A DNA stretch of 64,000 nt from Gammaproteobacteria bacterium (GTDB lineage: Bacteria > Pseudomonadota > Gammaproteobacteria > JBPCXB01). Of this stretch, positions 44,799 to 55,168 are shown in pieces. The stretch's first letter is position 1; each line of letters opens with the position of its first letter. The notes below the pieces were generated by a model. The model saw only the letters and a list, made by a program, of their open reading frames with translations, had not been told where the DNA came from and searched no databases. A program made the position numbers and the translations under genes. The stretch spans positions 8,866 to 72,865 of the forward strand of contig JBPCXB010000214.1 in assembly GCA_051008935.1 (NCBI GenBank), in the 5' to 3' direction.

Positions 44799-46107
44799 CC
44801 GTATCCAAGCCTAGTTCTTGGCACAGAGCCAGCGCCTCTCCTACCACATACAAAGAGCCACAAACAACGACTAAATCTTCCATGCCGGCTTGAGTAAGCG
44901 CGCTTTTTAACCCTTCTGCCACACTTCCCTCGAACCCTGAGGGCTGGTTAAAGAGCTCCAGCTTTTTTTTCTCCAACTCGGCCAATAACGGCGGCAATGG
45001 CAATGCGCGCTGGGGAACATCCGCTACGACAGGATACCAACACCCGGGGATAACCGCCAAAGTATCCACAAGGCCGCTGATATCCTTATCTTTACTGGCG
45101 CCAAATACCCAATGCACCTTAGCATCAGGGCCACTGCTTCTATAGTTCTGCACTAAATCCACTAGATGCGCTCCTGCGTGCGGGTTGTGCGCAACATCCA
45201 GCAAAACCCTCGGACCATTCCCCATCAATTGATTGCGCCCCGGGAAGCCTTTACGCTGCAAACGGGCCATTGCATCCTGAACCACCTCGTAACCAGTATC
45301 GGGGTATAGCTGCAAAAATGCAGACAGGCCTGCTGCACAAGATTCAAGTGGAAGGGGCACTGCCGGCAAATCGGCAAAATCATGCATACCGCTGCGATAA
45401 CTCCAGAAACGCCCTGCTCCTGTTTGCACTTCAGCAACCTGATAGTCAATGCCATAACGGATCAAGTCAAGGCTTTGTTCGCCAGCTGTGCGCATCAAGC
45501 TACTAGGGAGGGAGGACTCGCCATAAATAAGCCTTTGCCCCTTTCGGGCAATAGCAGCTTTTTCAAGCGCGATCTCATCTCTACTATAGCCCAGGTATTC
45601 GCAATGGTCCAAAGCTACATTAGTCAGAACGGAAATATCTGCCGGCACAACATTAACAGCATCCAACCGACCTCCCAAACCAATTTCCAGCAGGGCCAAA
45701 TCCAGGTCCTGTGCGTCGAGCAAACACAACGCACCCAGGGTCGTAAATTCAAACCAGCTCAGTCTAGCATCCTGCTGAGCTGCTTTGACCTGTGCAAAGG
45801 CATCACAGATCAATCGGTCCTCTGCTGGACCTTCAGGAATCTGGATCCGTTCGTTGAATCTAGACAAGTGGGGGGAAGTATAGCTGCCAACGCGCAAGCC
45901 CGCATTCTGGCCCAGCACCCGCATCGTCTCGATACAGCTTCCTTTACCATTGGTACCAGCAACTAAAGCCTTTAAACGGCCTGGTTTCGGCGCACCCAAC
46001 CTGTGCCATACGCGCTCGATACGCTCCAAACCCAGTTCTACTTTATCTGGTTGTAGCGCCAGTAGACTCTGCAACCAGTCTGCGAGCGATCTTTCAGCGA
46101 CCTGCAT
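44791..46107 (-). CDS. folC: Bifunctional folylpolyglutamate synthase / dihydrofolate synthase
   Basis: P-loop VAGTNGKGS and Mur-ligase-fold motifs. accD-folC adjacency. Confidence 0.88.
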   Translation of the reverse strand: MQVAERSLADWLQSLLALQPDKVELGLERIERVWHRLGAPKPGRLKALVAGTNGKGSCIETMRVLGQNAGLRVGSYTSPHLSRFNERIQIPEGPAEDRLICDAFAQVKAAQQDARLSWFEFTTLGALCLLDAQDLDLALLEIGLGGRLDAVNVVPADISVLTNVALDHCEYLGYSRDEIALEKAAIARKGQRLIYGESSLPSSLMRTAGEQSLDLIRYGIDYQVAEVQTGAGRFWSYRSGMHDFADLPAVPLPLESCAAGLSAFLQLYPDTGYEVVQDAMARLQRKGFPGRNQLMGNGPRVLLDVAHNPHAGAHLVDLVQNYRSSGPDAKVHWVFGASKDKDISGLVDTLAVIPGCWYPVVADVPQRALPLPPLLAELEKKKLELFNQPSGFEGSVAEGLKSALTQAGMEDLVVVCGSLYVVGEALALCQELGLDTDG

Positions 46108-46960
46108 CTATGAATTTTCCAAGTAAGCCAGCCAGCTTTACCTTCATTTCTGAACGCGGCACAATCATATCTATAGCACCGTGCTTCAAGAGGAATTCAC
46201 TCTTTTGGAAGCCTGCAGGCAATCGAACCCTCATAGTTTGTTCAATAACGCGCGGACCCGTAAAGCCTACGCTGGCTCCGGGTTCGGCAATAATGATGTC
46301 TCCTAGCATGGCCAAACTGGCTGAGACGCCCCCATAAACCGGATCAATCAACACCGAAATGTAAGGCATGCCTTTATCCCGAAGCCATTCAATGACTGCT
46401 GCAGTACGTGCCATCTGCAATAAAGAGAACATCGATTCCTGCATACGAGCCCCACCACTAGTCGAGAAGCATACAAAAGGAAAGCCGTTTTCACCTGCAT
46501 ATTGAGCGGCTCGAACAAATTTTTCACCAACAGCCGCACCCATCGAACCGCCCAGAAATTTGAATTCGAACACGCAGACTACAGCTGGAATTTGATGTAT
46601 CTTCCCGCGCACACAAATCAGCGCTTCATCTTCACCGGTAGCATTTTCGGCCGTGGTAATCCGATCTTTATAGCGCTTAGTATCCCTGAATTTGAGGCGG
46701 TCTTTGGCTTTAACGCCTTCGGCCAACTCCTGCATCGTGCCTTCATCCAGAATAGTGTTCAATCTTTCGCGTGCGCTCAGCCGGAAATGAAAATTGCATT
46801 TACTGCATACCTTCTGGGCCAGTTCAAGTTCTGGGCCATAAAGCGTGCTGCCGCATTCCGGACAGAGCTTCCATAAGCCCTCGGGGACGTTGCTCGTCGT
46901 CGATGAATGATCCTGCCAACTTTGACCAATAGAGGGTATGATGCGTTTTAGCCAGTTCAA
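46094..46960 (-). CDS. accD: Acetyl-CoA carboxylase carboxyltransferase beta subunit
   Basis: N-terminal zinc ribbon CPECGSTLY...CSKCNFHFR and a carboxyltransferase domain. Confidence 0.92.
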   Translation of the reverse strand: MNWLKRIIPSIGQSWQDHSSTTSNVPEGLWKLCPECGSTLYGPELELAQKVCSKCNFHFRLSARERLNTILDEGTMQELAEGVKAKDRLKFRDTKRYKDRITTAENATGEDEALICVRGKIHQIPAVVCVFEFKFLGGSMGAAVGEKFVRAAQYAGENGFPFVCFSTSGGARMQESMFSLLQMARTAAVIEWLRDKGMPYISVLIDPVYGGVSASLAMLGDIIIAEPGASVGFTGPRVIEQTMRVRLPAGFQKSEFLLKHGAIDMIVPRSEMKVKLAGLLGKFIDAGR

Positions 46961-47070
46961 TTCAGTACCTATTTCTCATGCTAGGAGGGTCAGCTCGATA
47001 ACAGGATGACCACATTATCATCATTTTAGCTATTGTGCATCCCATACCTGAGATAGGCTGCGCCGACTAT

Positions 47071-47871
47071 TCAGCATAAAGCTGCTTTGATAGATGCTAT
47101 GAAGGCTTTCAGCCGCGCATAATCGACCGGCTGTTGCCCACAAAAATTAACAGCTGCCGAGCCTACGACTATCGCATCAGCCAATGGCGATAAAGCCGCC
47201 GCCTGTTCAGCTGTCTTAATACCAAAGCCAATGGCAAGCGGGATATCAATATCCAGATCAAACTTGCGCATTTTGCTTTGGACCGCTGAAATATCCAACT
47301 GCCCATCTCCGGTCACACCTGCATAGGACACATAATAGAGATAACCGGAACCCGCTGCCGCTATCTGGCGAAACCGAGTAGCATCGGTGGTGGGAGATGC
47401 CAGCAAGACAGTATCCAGACCGGCCTCTCTTGCAGGGTCCAGCTGTGCTATTTGCTCTACGGGTAAATCTACAATCAAAAGCCCGTCTACACCCACTTCA
47501 GCTGCCCGGCGCGAAAATTGAGCGATCCCCGGACTCAAAAGCGTATTGATATAGCCCATCAACACGATAGGCGTGTGGGTATTATCGGCACGGAAAGCCT
47601 GCACCAGATCAAAAAGCCGGTCTTGTGTCATGCCCCCCTGCAAAGCTCTTTCGTGCCCCTGTTGAATGGTCACACCCTCAGACATAGGGTCTGAAAACGG
47701 AATCCCCAATTCCAAGATATCGGCGCCTGCTTCGCAGCAGCTGTGTAGAACACGCAGCGATGCTTCAAAATCCGGGTCACCCGCTACTACATAGACAACC
47801 AGTGCCTTGTTATTGCGCTCTGCAAGATCGCTGAACGTCTCAGAAATACGCTTCAACTTGTGCACTGCCAT
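47071..47871 (-). CDS. trpA: Tryptophan synthase alpha chain
   Basis: GDPDFEASLRVLHSCCEAGADILELGIPFSDPMSEGVTIQ. Start set at the internal ATG (MAVHKLKRI) to avoid a 32-nt overlap with trpB. Confidence 0.85.
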   Translation of the reverse strand: MAVHKLKRISETFSDLAERNNKALVVYVVAGDPDFEASLRVLHSCCEAGADILELGIPFSDPMSEGVTIQQGHERALQGGMTQDRLFDLVQAFRADNTHTPIVLMGYINTLLSPGIAQFSRRAAEVGVDGLLIVDLPVEQIAQLDPAREAGLDTVLLASPTTDATRFRQIAAAGSGYLYYVSYAGVTGDGQLDISAVQSKMRKFDLDIDIPLAIGFGIKTAEQAAALSPLADAIVVGSAAVNFCGQQPVDYARLKAFIASIKAALC

Positions 47872-47893
47872 GCGGATTGATCCTCGGTCTCTA

Positions 47894-49090
47894 CTATTCA
47901 GAAAATCGCTTGCTAAGCAAATCATTCTGCATCAAGGCCGGAACGTCTTTGTCTCCTCTGCCCGATAAATTGACCAGAATCAATTGATTTTCAGACAGTT
48001 CCTGTTGCAGTTTGTATGCCCAAGCAAGAGCGTGCGCGCTTTCAAGAGCAGGCAAAATACCATCCATCCGATTCAACTGTTCACAAGCCTGCAACGCCTG
48101 CTGGTCAGAAACACTGACATACTGGACGCGACCGGTGTCCTGCAACCAGGCATGTTCTGGGCCTACTCCCGGATAATCCAGACCGGCTGAGATTGAATGT
48201 GTGTCTTGTACCTGCCCTTGATCATCCTGCAACAGATAGCTGCGGAAGCCATGCAAAATCCCCGGTCTGCCACGGTTGAGCGTAGCGGCATGTGCCCCTA
48301 CTTCATCGATGCTGCGCCCCCCTGCCTCAACTCCATACATCTGCACCTTCTGATCCTGAAGGAAGGGTCGAAACAGCCCAATGGCATTAGATCCACCACC
48401 TACACAGGCAACCAACACATCTGGCAAACGGCCAAATTGATCCAAACATTGCGAACGAGCCTCTTCGCCTAAAACAGACTGAAATTTGGCAACCATTTCG
48501 GGATAAGGGGCAGGTCCAGCTGCGCTACCTATGACGTAGTGGCTATCCTGAAAAGAGCTGACCCAGTCTCGCATGGCTTCGCTCATCGCATCTTTCAATC
48601 GGGCGGTACCGGTTGCCACAGCTCTGACTTCAGCTCCTAAAAGCCGCATGCGAAAGACATTCAACTGCTGCCGCTCCATGTCTGTCTCGCCCATATATAC
48701 CCGACAGGTCATACCCAGTCTGGCAGCTACAGATGCCGTTGCCACTCCATGCTGACCGGCTCCTGTTTCAGCAATGAGAGCTGTTTTACCCATGCGCCTA
48801 GCCAGTAACGCCTGGCCCATAGTATTGTTGATCTTGTGTGCTCCCGTATGGCACAGGTCCTCTCTCTTCAGCAAAATGCGCGCACTGCCTTTGGGTGTGT
48901 ATGCTGACTGGCACAGCGACGTCGGACGTCCCACAAAATCTTTCAATGCAGTGTGCAATTCTTGCTGAAATTGCTCGTCGCCCCACGCCAGTTGCCAAGC
49001 TTCCGTCAGATGTGCAAGAGGGGCAATCAATGTTTCAGGCACATAGGTGCCACCCCAGCCGTTCCGATCTAGTTGCGCAAGTTCTGCCAT
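47894..49090 (-). CDS. trpB: Tryptophan synthase beta chain
   Basis: PLP-lysine motif [17 protein letters not shown]. Confidence 0.92.
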   Translation of the reverse strand: MAELAQLDRNGWGGTYVPETLIAPLAHLTEAWQLAWGDEQFQQELHTALKDFVGRPTSLCQSAYTPKGSARILLKREDLCHTGAHKINNTMGQALLARRMGKTALIAETGAGQHGVATASVAARLGMTCRVYMGETDMERQQLNVFRMRLLGAEVRAVATGTARLKDAMSEAMRDWVSSFQDSHYVIGSAAGPAPYPEMVAKFQSVLGEEARSQCLDQFGRLPDVLVACVGGGSNAIGLFRPFLQDQKVQMYGVEAGGRSIDEVGAHAATLNRGRPGILHGFRSYLLQDDQGQVQDTHSISAGLDYPGVGPEHAWLQDTGRVQYVSVSDQQALQACEQLNRMDGILPALESAHALAWAYKLQQELSENQLILVNLSGRGDKDVPALMQNDLLSKRFSE

Positions 49091-49111
49091 TGGCCGACCT
49101 CCATGATCCTC

Positions 49112-49816
49112 TTAGTGTGCCCGAGATAACCGTTCAAAAAAAACCTTCATTTTTTCCACATCTTTAATGCCCGGCGCAGATTCGACGCCTGAAGCCAGAT
49201 CGATCCCCCAGGGTTTAAGCCTTAAAGCAGCTTCTAAATTGCTGGCATTCAAGCCACCTGCCATCAGCCAGGGGATAGGGCGCGGCGTCTCGGAATCTTT
49301 GTACTCCTGCGACAAGCCTGCCGACAGGAAGTGCGGGCTCAAAGCTGCTACTCTCGACCAATCAAAGGTATTACCTGTTCCCCCTGAACGTCCTTTTTCA
49401 TAGGAGTCTAATAGCATAGCTGCAGCAGATTCGCAGTGTGCTTGGATCATCTGTACAGGCTGAGGATCCGGTGCCATACGAATTCCTTTGATGTAAGGAC
49501 GGCCAAAACCGTTGCAATACGCCGGTGATTCATCGCCTTGAAACTGCAACATCAACTGATCGCTGCACTCCAGCACTGGCTCTACCTCTTGCGCTGATTG
49601 ATTAAAGAACAAACCCACAGCCTGTACAAAAGGCGGCAATGCAGACAGAATCTCTCGGCACAGACCAAAGTCTCTAACGCATCGTGGGCTGGAAGGCACG
49701 AATACCATCCCCACTGCATCGGCCCCCAATTGGGCAGCCAAATATGCATCGTCCGGTCTAGTGATACCACAAATTTTGACCCGAACGGCCGCTGCATCTG
49801 TATCCATCAAATTCAC
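49112..49816 (-). CDS. trpF: N-(5'-phosphoribosyl)anthranilate isomerase
   Basis: VKICGITRPDDA N-terminus and TIM-barrel length. Confidence 0.8.
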   Translation of the reverse strand: MNLMDTDAAAVRVKICGITRPDDAYLAAQLGADAVGMVFVPSSPRCVRDFGLCREILSALPPFVQAVGLFFNQSAQEVEPVLECSDQLMLQFQGDESPAYCNGFGRPYIKGIRMAPDPQPVQMIQAHCESAAAMLLDSYEKGRSGGTGNTFDWSRVAALSPHFLSAGLSQEYKDSETPRPIPWLMAGGLNASNLEAALRLKPWGIDLASGVESAPGIKDVEKMKVFFERLSRAH

Positions 49817-50631
49817 TACGCCAGCAAGATATGTCCATCTGGAGAAGGAGGCAGACCAAATTCCATGGGGTAGCGAGGCCCCAGGAAATACAGCCCTTCA
49901 GCTGCTGCTGTCGCTGCCGCCTGCTTTCTGTCTTTAGAATGCAGAATGCTGCGGATTTTGTCTGCTTGCCATTTACCCAGGCCAACCTGCCACAGGCAAC
50001 CGGTGATAATGCGGACCATGCGCTGCAAAAACGCATTGGCACACAGGGTAATGCGAATAAGCGAACCGCGTTGTTCGATTTGGATTGTTTTGAGCGTGCG
50101 GTAACTGGTAGCAGCTGAGCACCCTGCTGCCTGGAACGCCGAAAAATCATGAGTCCCTAAAAGAAAATTGGCGGCCTGCTGCATACTGTCCACATCCAAC
50201 GGCCTTCTCTCCCAAGCTACTCGTCCGGCATGAAAGACAGGCACACAATCCACATTCAGAATCAAATAGGCGTAAGTCCGGTCCAGAGCAGTAAAACGTG
50301 CATGAAAATGCCCGGGCACTCGCCTAGCCCAAGTCAACCTGATATCCCGAAGATGCGCATTCAAACCAAAAATCCAAGCTCTCGCAGAGTGCGTTAAATG
50401 AGCAGGCAGATCCCAGTGCATCACTTGGTTGAGCGCATGCACTCCAGAATCGGTACGGCCAGCACAGACGGGCACTTGCTCACATCCAGTCATTTTCATC
50501 AGGGCATCGCACAGGCAATCCGCAACGCCTGACGGGTAGCCAGAACTATCTGGCCCCCGTTTGGTCCCTTGACTTTGCCAGCCCTGAGCTGCCCTTCCTA
50601 AGTATTCAACCCCAAAGGCCCATCGACTCAA
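49816..50631 (-). CDS. truA: tRNA pseudouridine(38-40) synthase
   Basis: Catalytic Asp motif GRTDSGVHAL. The truA-trpF adjacency is conserved. Confidence 0.88.
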   Translation of the reverse strand: MSRWAFGVEYLGRAAQGWQSQGTKRGPDSSGYPSGVADCLCDALMKMTGCEQVPVCAGRTDSGVHALNQVMHWDLPAHLTHSARAWIFGLNAHLRDIRLTWARRVPGHFHARFTALDRTYAYLILNVDCVPVFHAGRVAWERRPLDVDSMQQAANFLLGTHDFSAFQAAGCSAATSYRTLKTIQIEQRGSLIRITLCANAFLQRMVRIITGCLWQVGLGKWQADKIRSILHSKDRKQAAATAAAEGLYFLGPRYPMEFGLPPSPDGHILLA

Positions 50632-50646
50632 GACAGTCAGCTGGAA

Positions 50647-52086
50647 TCAGCTATCGCCGGAATCAGATTGTTCCAAACGAGCCACTAGATCGCGTGCCTG
50701 TTGCTTCTGACCGCCAGTTGCATTGGGGTTCGACTGAATGCGTTCATGCAAAGAGCCGGCCCGCGTGCTGTCTTTCATTTCAACATGGGCGCGCAATAGC
50801 GCTAACTGGTTGTCAACTTCTTGTTCGGATCGGGCTCCTGCCGCAGGGGGAGTGGGCGCTGCTGCTGGAGGTCTAGCAGAACCTGAACCCTCTTGACGCC
50901 GAGCCATGAAGAAGTTATAGCCTAGATAGCCAGCCGCACCTAACACAGCTATGGCCAACACAATCAGCAAATAGAACAGCCAACTGGTACCGCTTGCTCC
51001 TTCTAGATCAGAGTCTCTCCGGCCCAATGCTTCAGCAGGGCTTGTGACAGCACCACCTTGGGGCAGTGAATCCGGCTGGCGTTGCACAAAAGGAGCTTCA
51101 GACGGCGGTGGCAATTCTGCTTCCACTGTGCGACTGGGATCCCGTTTAATAACAGGAGCAGGCTCTGGCTCAGGGCGACGAATCACCGGGGCTTCCTTAG
51201 GCTCAGGAGATACCCTTGGTGCCACCACTGGAGCAACTGCAACGGGTTCCAGACGCAGGATCTGACGCAAAGCGCGCACGTCTAAAGGCCCTGTATCAGA
51301 ATAATAGTTCTGTCTGGCTACTTCAACAATAGAACTGGTACGGTCATAGGATCGCATTTCGTCCACTGTTGGCATCCGCAATTCTTTAGTAGCCTGTAGC
51401 AGGTTGATGTTTTTGTTGCCGGTGCCGTCTAGTGCAAACGCATGGCGATTGATATCAAAGATAGCTAGCATTGCCTGAAAAGCGCTGATGCCATAACCTG
51501 ATTTCAGCTGTTGGGCTACCGTCCATAAAGCGTTGTAGTCGCTAGAACTGACAAAGCTGTTGTTTTTGGGCGAGGCCAGTGCAAGTTCCCAGTTCTGCTG
51601 TCTCCGAGCAGCCAGCAACCTTTGACTGCGTCTACGATCAACACGAGCGCCGTCAGATCCTGCCACCAAGGTGTCGGGCAGCACAAACAAATAGCGTCTG
51701 GCTGTAAATTCATTCCGACCGACTCGAGCCCGAATCCTAAATGCAAGCCGAGCTTCTTCCAGAACTTCTGTGGTATACAAACGGATATACCAGTTCTTGT
51801 TGCGACGCGCTCCGCCGGATTCTGGCTGAATAATTTCATATTTCAGACGTGCCAATACGAGCACCTGTGAGGGCCGCAGCAACTTGTCTCCAACCCGGTA
51901 GTCGTAGAAGCGAATGGCCAAGTTGCGCTTGGACAATCGCGCACTGTCCAGCAGTTCAATTTGAGCTTCCAGAGGTTCTCCGAAAGCGCTTGAAATCTCA
52001 AGCGGTCCCAGCTCTACAGCTTTAGACAGTGAGGCACCAAACACGCAGGCTGTGGCAACCATGACAATAGTACTATAACGAATCAT
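50647..52086 (-). CDS. fimV: FimV-like peptidoglycan-binding (LysM-type) inner-membrane protein, short form
   Basis: Signal peptide, FimV N-terminal region with a LysM-like segment (NALWTVAQQLKSGYGISAFQAMLAIFDINRHAF), a Pro-rich linker, one transmembrane helix (LFYLLIVLAIAVLGAAGYLGY), and a short acidic cytoplasmic tail. The asd-fimV-truA synteny matches P. aeruginosa. Lacks the long C-terminal TPR region. Confidence 0.55.
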   Translation of the reverse strand: MIRYSTIVMVATACVFGASLSKAVELGPLEISSAFGEPLEAQIELLDSARLSKRNLAIRFYDYRVGDKLLRPSQVLVLARLKYEIIQPESGGARRNKNWYIRLYTTEVLEEARLAFRIRARVGRNEFTARRYLFVLPDTLVAGSDGARVDRRRSQRLLAARRQQNWELALASPKNNSFVSSSDYNALWTVAQQLKSGYGISAFQAMLAIFDINRHAFALDGTGNKNINLLQATKELRMPTVDEMRSYDRTSSIVEVARQNYYSDTGPLDVRALRQILRLEPVAVAPVVAPRVSPEPKEAPVIRRPEPEPAPVIKRDPSRTVEAELPPPSEAPFVQRQPDSLPQGGAVTSPAEALGRRDSDLEGASGTSWLFYLLIVLAIAVLGAAGYLGYNFFMARRQEGSGSARPPAAAPTPPAAGARSEQEVDNQLALLRAHVEMKDSTRAGSLHERIQSNPNATGGQKQQARDLVARLEQSDSGDS

Positions 52087-52136
52087 ACTTCATCCCGATA
52101 CTTCATCCCGATACTTCATCCCGATACTTCACGCCG
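52085..52136. repeat. 13-bp tandem repeat (atacttcatcccg x3 plus one degenerate copy) overlapping the fimV-like start codon
   Basis: Read directly: 52085-52097, 52098-52110 and 52111-52123 are identical. 52124-52136 is atacttcacgccg. Confidence 0.9.
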
Positions 52137-52291
52137 GTAGCCAAGGAACATTCACAGCCCATATTTTATTACAGTTTGCACGGCTCATCGACTCTGCGCA
52201 ATTGACAACAACAGCTTGGTATCTTTTAATCGACCTACTTCTTTTGATTTCCCTTTTTCTTACTTCCCTTGTTACGCAAGATTGCACATTG

Positions 52292-53344
52292 TTAGGCAAT
52301 AAAACGTGGCAGCAATCTTTCAGCAATCTGAATGGAATTTAGCGCAGCACCTTTGCGTACATTATCTGCGACTACCCACATATTGTAAGCCGAAGAGGGT
52401 TGCGTCTTCAAAGCTGTTCCTGACAAGCTGTCCGGGCTGTAATTCGCAGGGCGTATGCGACCCACTAAAACGACATCCTGGCCTGCGGCATGCTCCATGG
52501 GGGTCGGATAGATGAAATATCTGGGATCATCCATCAATTCAAGCCCTTCTGCTTTCACCAGCGCTGTTCTGAATTGCTCGAGAGTTACTGCCTGCTCCAA
52601 TGCAACGCACACTGCTTCCGAATGACCGTAGAACACTGGTACCCTGACGCAGGTGGGATTGACAGAAAGATTCGGCAACTGCAGTATTTTGCGTGTTTCA
52701 AGAATCATTTTATTCTCTTCTTGAGTGTAGCGATTCTGGTCAAAAGAGCCTATTGCGGGTAACACATTGAAAGCAATAGGACTACTGAACACCTCCGCTT
52801 CGGCTTCCTGCCCCGACATCAGACTGGCAGTTTGCGTGGATAACTCGGTCATGGCCGATTGGCCGGCACCAGACACTGCCTGAAAGGTCACCACTTCGAC
52901 CTTGCTCAGGCCAAAGGCTTTGGCAAGGGGAGACAGAGCAACGACCATCTGAATTGTGGAGCAGTTGGGACAGGATATGACCTGAGGCAATGCACATTGA
53001 TCTAACAGATCGCCATTGACTTCAGGAACTACCAAGGGCACCTCTGGTTGCATCCGGTAATGAGAGGTATTGTCAATCACCGTAACCGATTGCTCTAGCG
53101 CCGCTGGAACATAGCGCGCCGATACCTCTCCCCCTGCACTAAAAAAAGCCAGCTCTACTTTGGAAAAATCAAATTTCTCAGCATCTAAAACTTCAATTTC
53201 AGCAGATTTAAATGCCAGTGTCCCGCCTGCTGAACGCGAACTCGCCAAAGGATAGAGCCTATCGACTGGGAATTCTCGCTCTTCCAGCAATTGCAAAATA
53301 GTACGTCCTACCTCGCCTGTAGCTCCTAAAACGGCAATGTCCAT
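52292..53344 (-). CDS. asd: Aspartate-semialdehyde dehydrogenase
   Basis: MDIAVLGATGEVG Rossmann N-terminus; active-site Cys region (ISCPNCSTIQ). Confidence 0.9.
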   Translation of the reverse strand: MDIAVLGATGEVGRTILQLLEEREFPVDRLYPLASSRSAGGTLAFKSAEIEVLDAEKFDFSKVELAFFSAGGEVSARYVPAALEQSVTVIDNTSHYRMQPEVPLVVPEVNGDLLDQCALPQVISCPNCSTIQMVVALSPLAKAFGLSKVEVVTFQAVSGAGQSAMTELSTQTASLMSGQEAEAEVFSSPIAFNVLPAIGSFDQNRYTQEENKMILETRKILQLPNLSVNPTCVRVPVFYGHSEAVCVALEQAVTLEQFRTALVKAEGLELMDDPRYFIYPTPMEHAAGQDVVLVGRIRPANYSPDSLSGTALKTQPSSAYNMWVVADNVRKGAALNSIQIAERLLPRFIA

Positions 53345-53357
53345 TTATATTTCCTGC

Positions 53358-54467
53358 TTAGTGTTTTTCAATCGGCGGTAAGGAGTCGGAGCGCTGCTCC
53401 ATGGTACGCAACACCGCCTGCCCAGCCTGCTCCGTGCTTAAGGCATTGTCTGCGTGTTGGGGTAATAAATCAGCTGTTCGCAGACCCTCTTGCAACGCTT
53501 GCGCAACAGTTGCTTCGAGCCAGCCTGCCAGACCCTGTTGCTTTAAAGAATAACGCAACAACATGGCCAGAGACAGGATAGCAGCGAGGGGGTTTGCCTG
53601 ATCAGCGCCTGCGATATCAGGAGCAGAGCCATGGCAGGGCTCATAGACGCCCTGTCCTGTGCCCTTTATTGAGGCAGATGGGAGCATCCCTATAGAGCCA
53701 GTCAAAGCACCCGCTAAATCAGACAGGATATCTCCAAATAAATTACCAGTCAACAGCACATCAAATTGCTTGGGCCGCATCGCAAGCTGCATGGCCGCAT
53801 TGTCGACGTACAGATGCTCCAACTGTACATCTGGATAATCAGCACTCCGTTCATTGACAACAGCACGCCATAACCTACTGCTAGCAAGCACATTGGCCTT
53901 ATCCACAGAGGTCAGCCGCCCGTTTCTGCCTCTGGCTGCTTCAAAAGCCACATCAGCGACACGTCGGATCTCAACTTCATCGTACACCATAGTATCAAAG
54001 GCTCTACGCGGCGGCCCTGATTCCGTGCCTCTAGGCTTACCGAAGTAAATGCCTCCTATCAACTCACGCACAATGACAATATCGAGCCCTGACACCAACT
54101 CCTCTCTCAAGCTTGAAGAGGCGGCCAGTGGCGGATACAACAAGGCGGGACGAATGTTGGCGTAGACCCCCATGTACTGGCGTAACTTCAAAAGCCCTGC
54201 CTCTGGCCGAAGCTCGGGCTCCAGTTGATCCCAAGCAGGGCCGCCCACCGCTCCCAACAGAACAGCATCGGCAGCAATAGCGGCTTCTAAAGTTTCCTGA
54301 GGGGCTGGCTGCCCAGTAGCATCAACGGCAGCACCACCTAACAAGCCGTGGTCTGTTTGAATATCTAGGCCTGTACGATCCTTCAGCCAGTCCAGCACTG
54401 TTATCGCCTGAGTTGTCACCTCAGGACCAATGCCGTCTCCAGGCAGGATTAATAAACGTGCCATGCC
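53358..54467 (-). CDS. leuB: 3-isopropylmalate dehydrogenase
   Basis: [15 protein letters not shown]-terminus and NLFGDILSD motif. Start placed at the internal ATG (MARLL) abutting the leuD stop. Confidence 0.9.
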   Translation of the reverse strand, partial: GMARLLILPGDGIGPEVTTQAITVLDWLKDRTGLDIQTDHGLLGGAAVDATGQPAPQETLEAAIAADAVLLGAVGGPAWDQLEPELRPEAGLLKLRQYMGVYANIRPALLYPPLAASSSLREELVSGLDIVIVRELIGGIYFGKPRGTESGPPRRAFDTMVYDEVEIRRVADVAFEAARGRNGRLTSVDKANVLASSRLWRAVVNERSADYPDVQLEHLYVDNAAMQLAMRPKQFDVLLTGNLFGDILSDLAGALTGSIGMLPSASIKGTGQGVYEPCHGSAPDIAGADQANPLAAILSLAMLLRYSLKQQGLAGWLEATVAQALQEGLRTADLLPQHADNALSTEQAGQAVLRTMEQRSDSLPPIEKH

Positions 54468-54469
54468 AG

Positions 54470-55168
54470 TTACTCCTTGTCGGCTGAATGGCCCGGAGCT
54501 GTAGCAAACAGCCAAGGAGTCCGCAGTCTGGCGGCTTGCTCATAGGCACGAATCTGATCGCTCATCTGTAACGTCAAACCAATTTCGTCCAAACCGTTGG
54601 CCAGAAGGTTTTTATTCCCTTCCTCTATTGCAAATGCACAGCTCCAATCTCCAGAAGCGGTTGACACCACTTGCTTCTCCAAATCAACATGCAAGATCAA
54701 ACCTGAGCGTGGCGGGTCTGCCAACGGGCCTAAAGCCAATTGAAATAATCGATCGATCTCTGCTTCAGGCAATACCACGGGCAATACCTGATTTTTACAC
54801 GCGTTGTTGTAAAAGATATCAGCAAAGCTGGGAGCAATGACTACTCGGAACCCATATTCAGCGAGTGCCCAGACAGCGTGCTCACGGCTGGAGCCGCACC
54901 CGAAATTGCGACGCGCCAGAAGTATCTCTGCACTCGCAAAACCGGGATGGTTGAGCACAAAATCTGGGTTGATCTGCCGATTAGGGCGCTGGTTGCTATC
55001 AAGTACAGGCTCGCCTTCATCCAGATAACGCCAAGAATCAAACAAATTTTCACCATAACCATCTCGGTACACTGAACGCAAAAATTGCTTGGGAATAATC
55101 TGGTCCGTATCGACATTGGCCCGATCCAAAGGCACAACCAGTGCCTGATGTTCTCGAAAAACGCTCAT
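54470..55168 (-). CDS. leuD: 3-isopropylmalate dehydratase small subunit
   Basis: ~230 aa LeuD/aconitase swivel domain. Position between leuC and leuB. Confidence 0.9.
   Translation of the reverse strand: MSVFREHQALVVPLDRANVDTDQIIPKQFLRSVYRDGYGENLFDSWRYLDEGEPVLDSNQRPNRQINPDFVLNHPGFASAEILLARRNFGCGSSREHAVWALAEYGFRVVIAPSFADIFYNNACKNQVLPVVLPEAEIDRLFQLALGPLADPPRSGLILHVDLEKQVVSTASGDWSCAFAIEEGNKNLLANGLDEIGLTLQMSDQIRAYEQAARLRTPWLFATAPGHSADKE

Noticed and set aside
52129-52326. 65-aa ORF between asd and the fimV-like gene
   Set aside because: It overlaps the 3' end of asd and the tandem-repeat region. It has no supporting signal.
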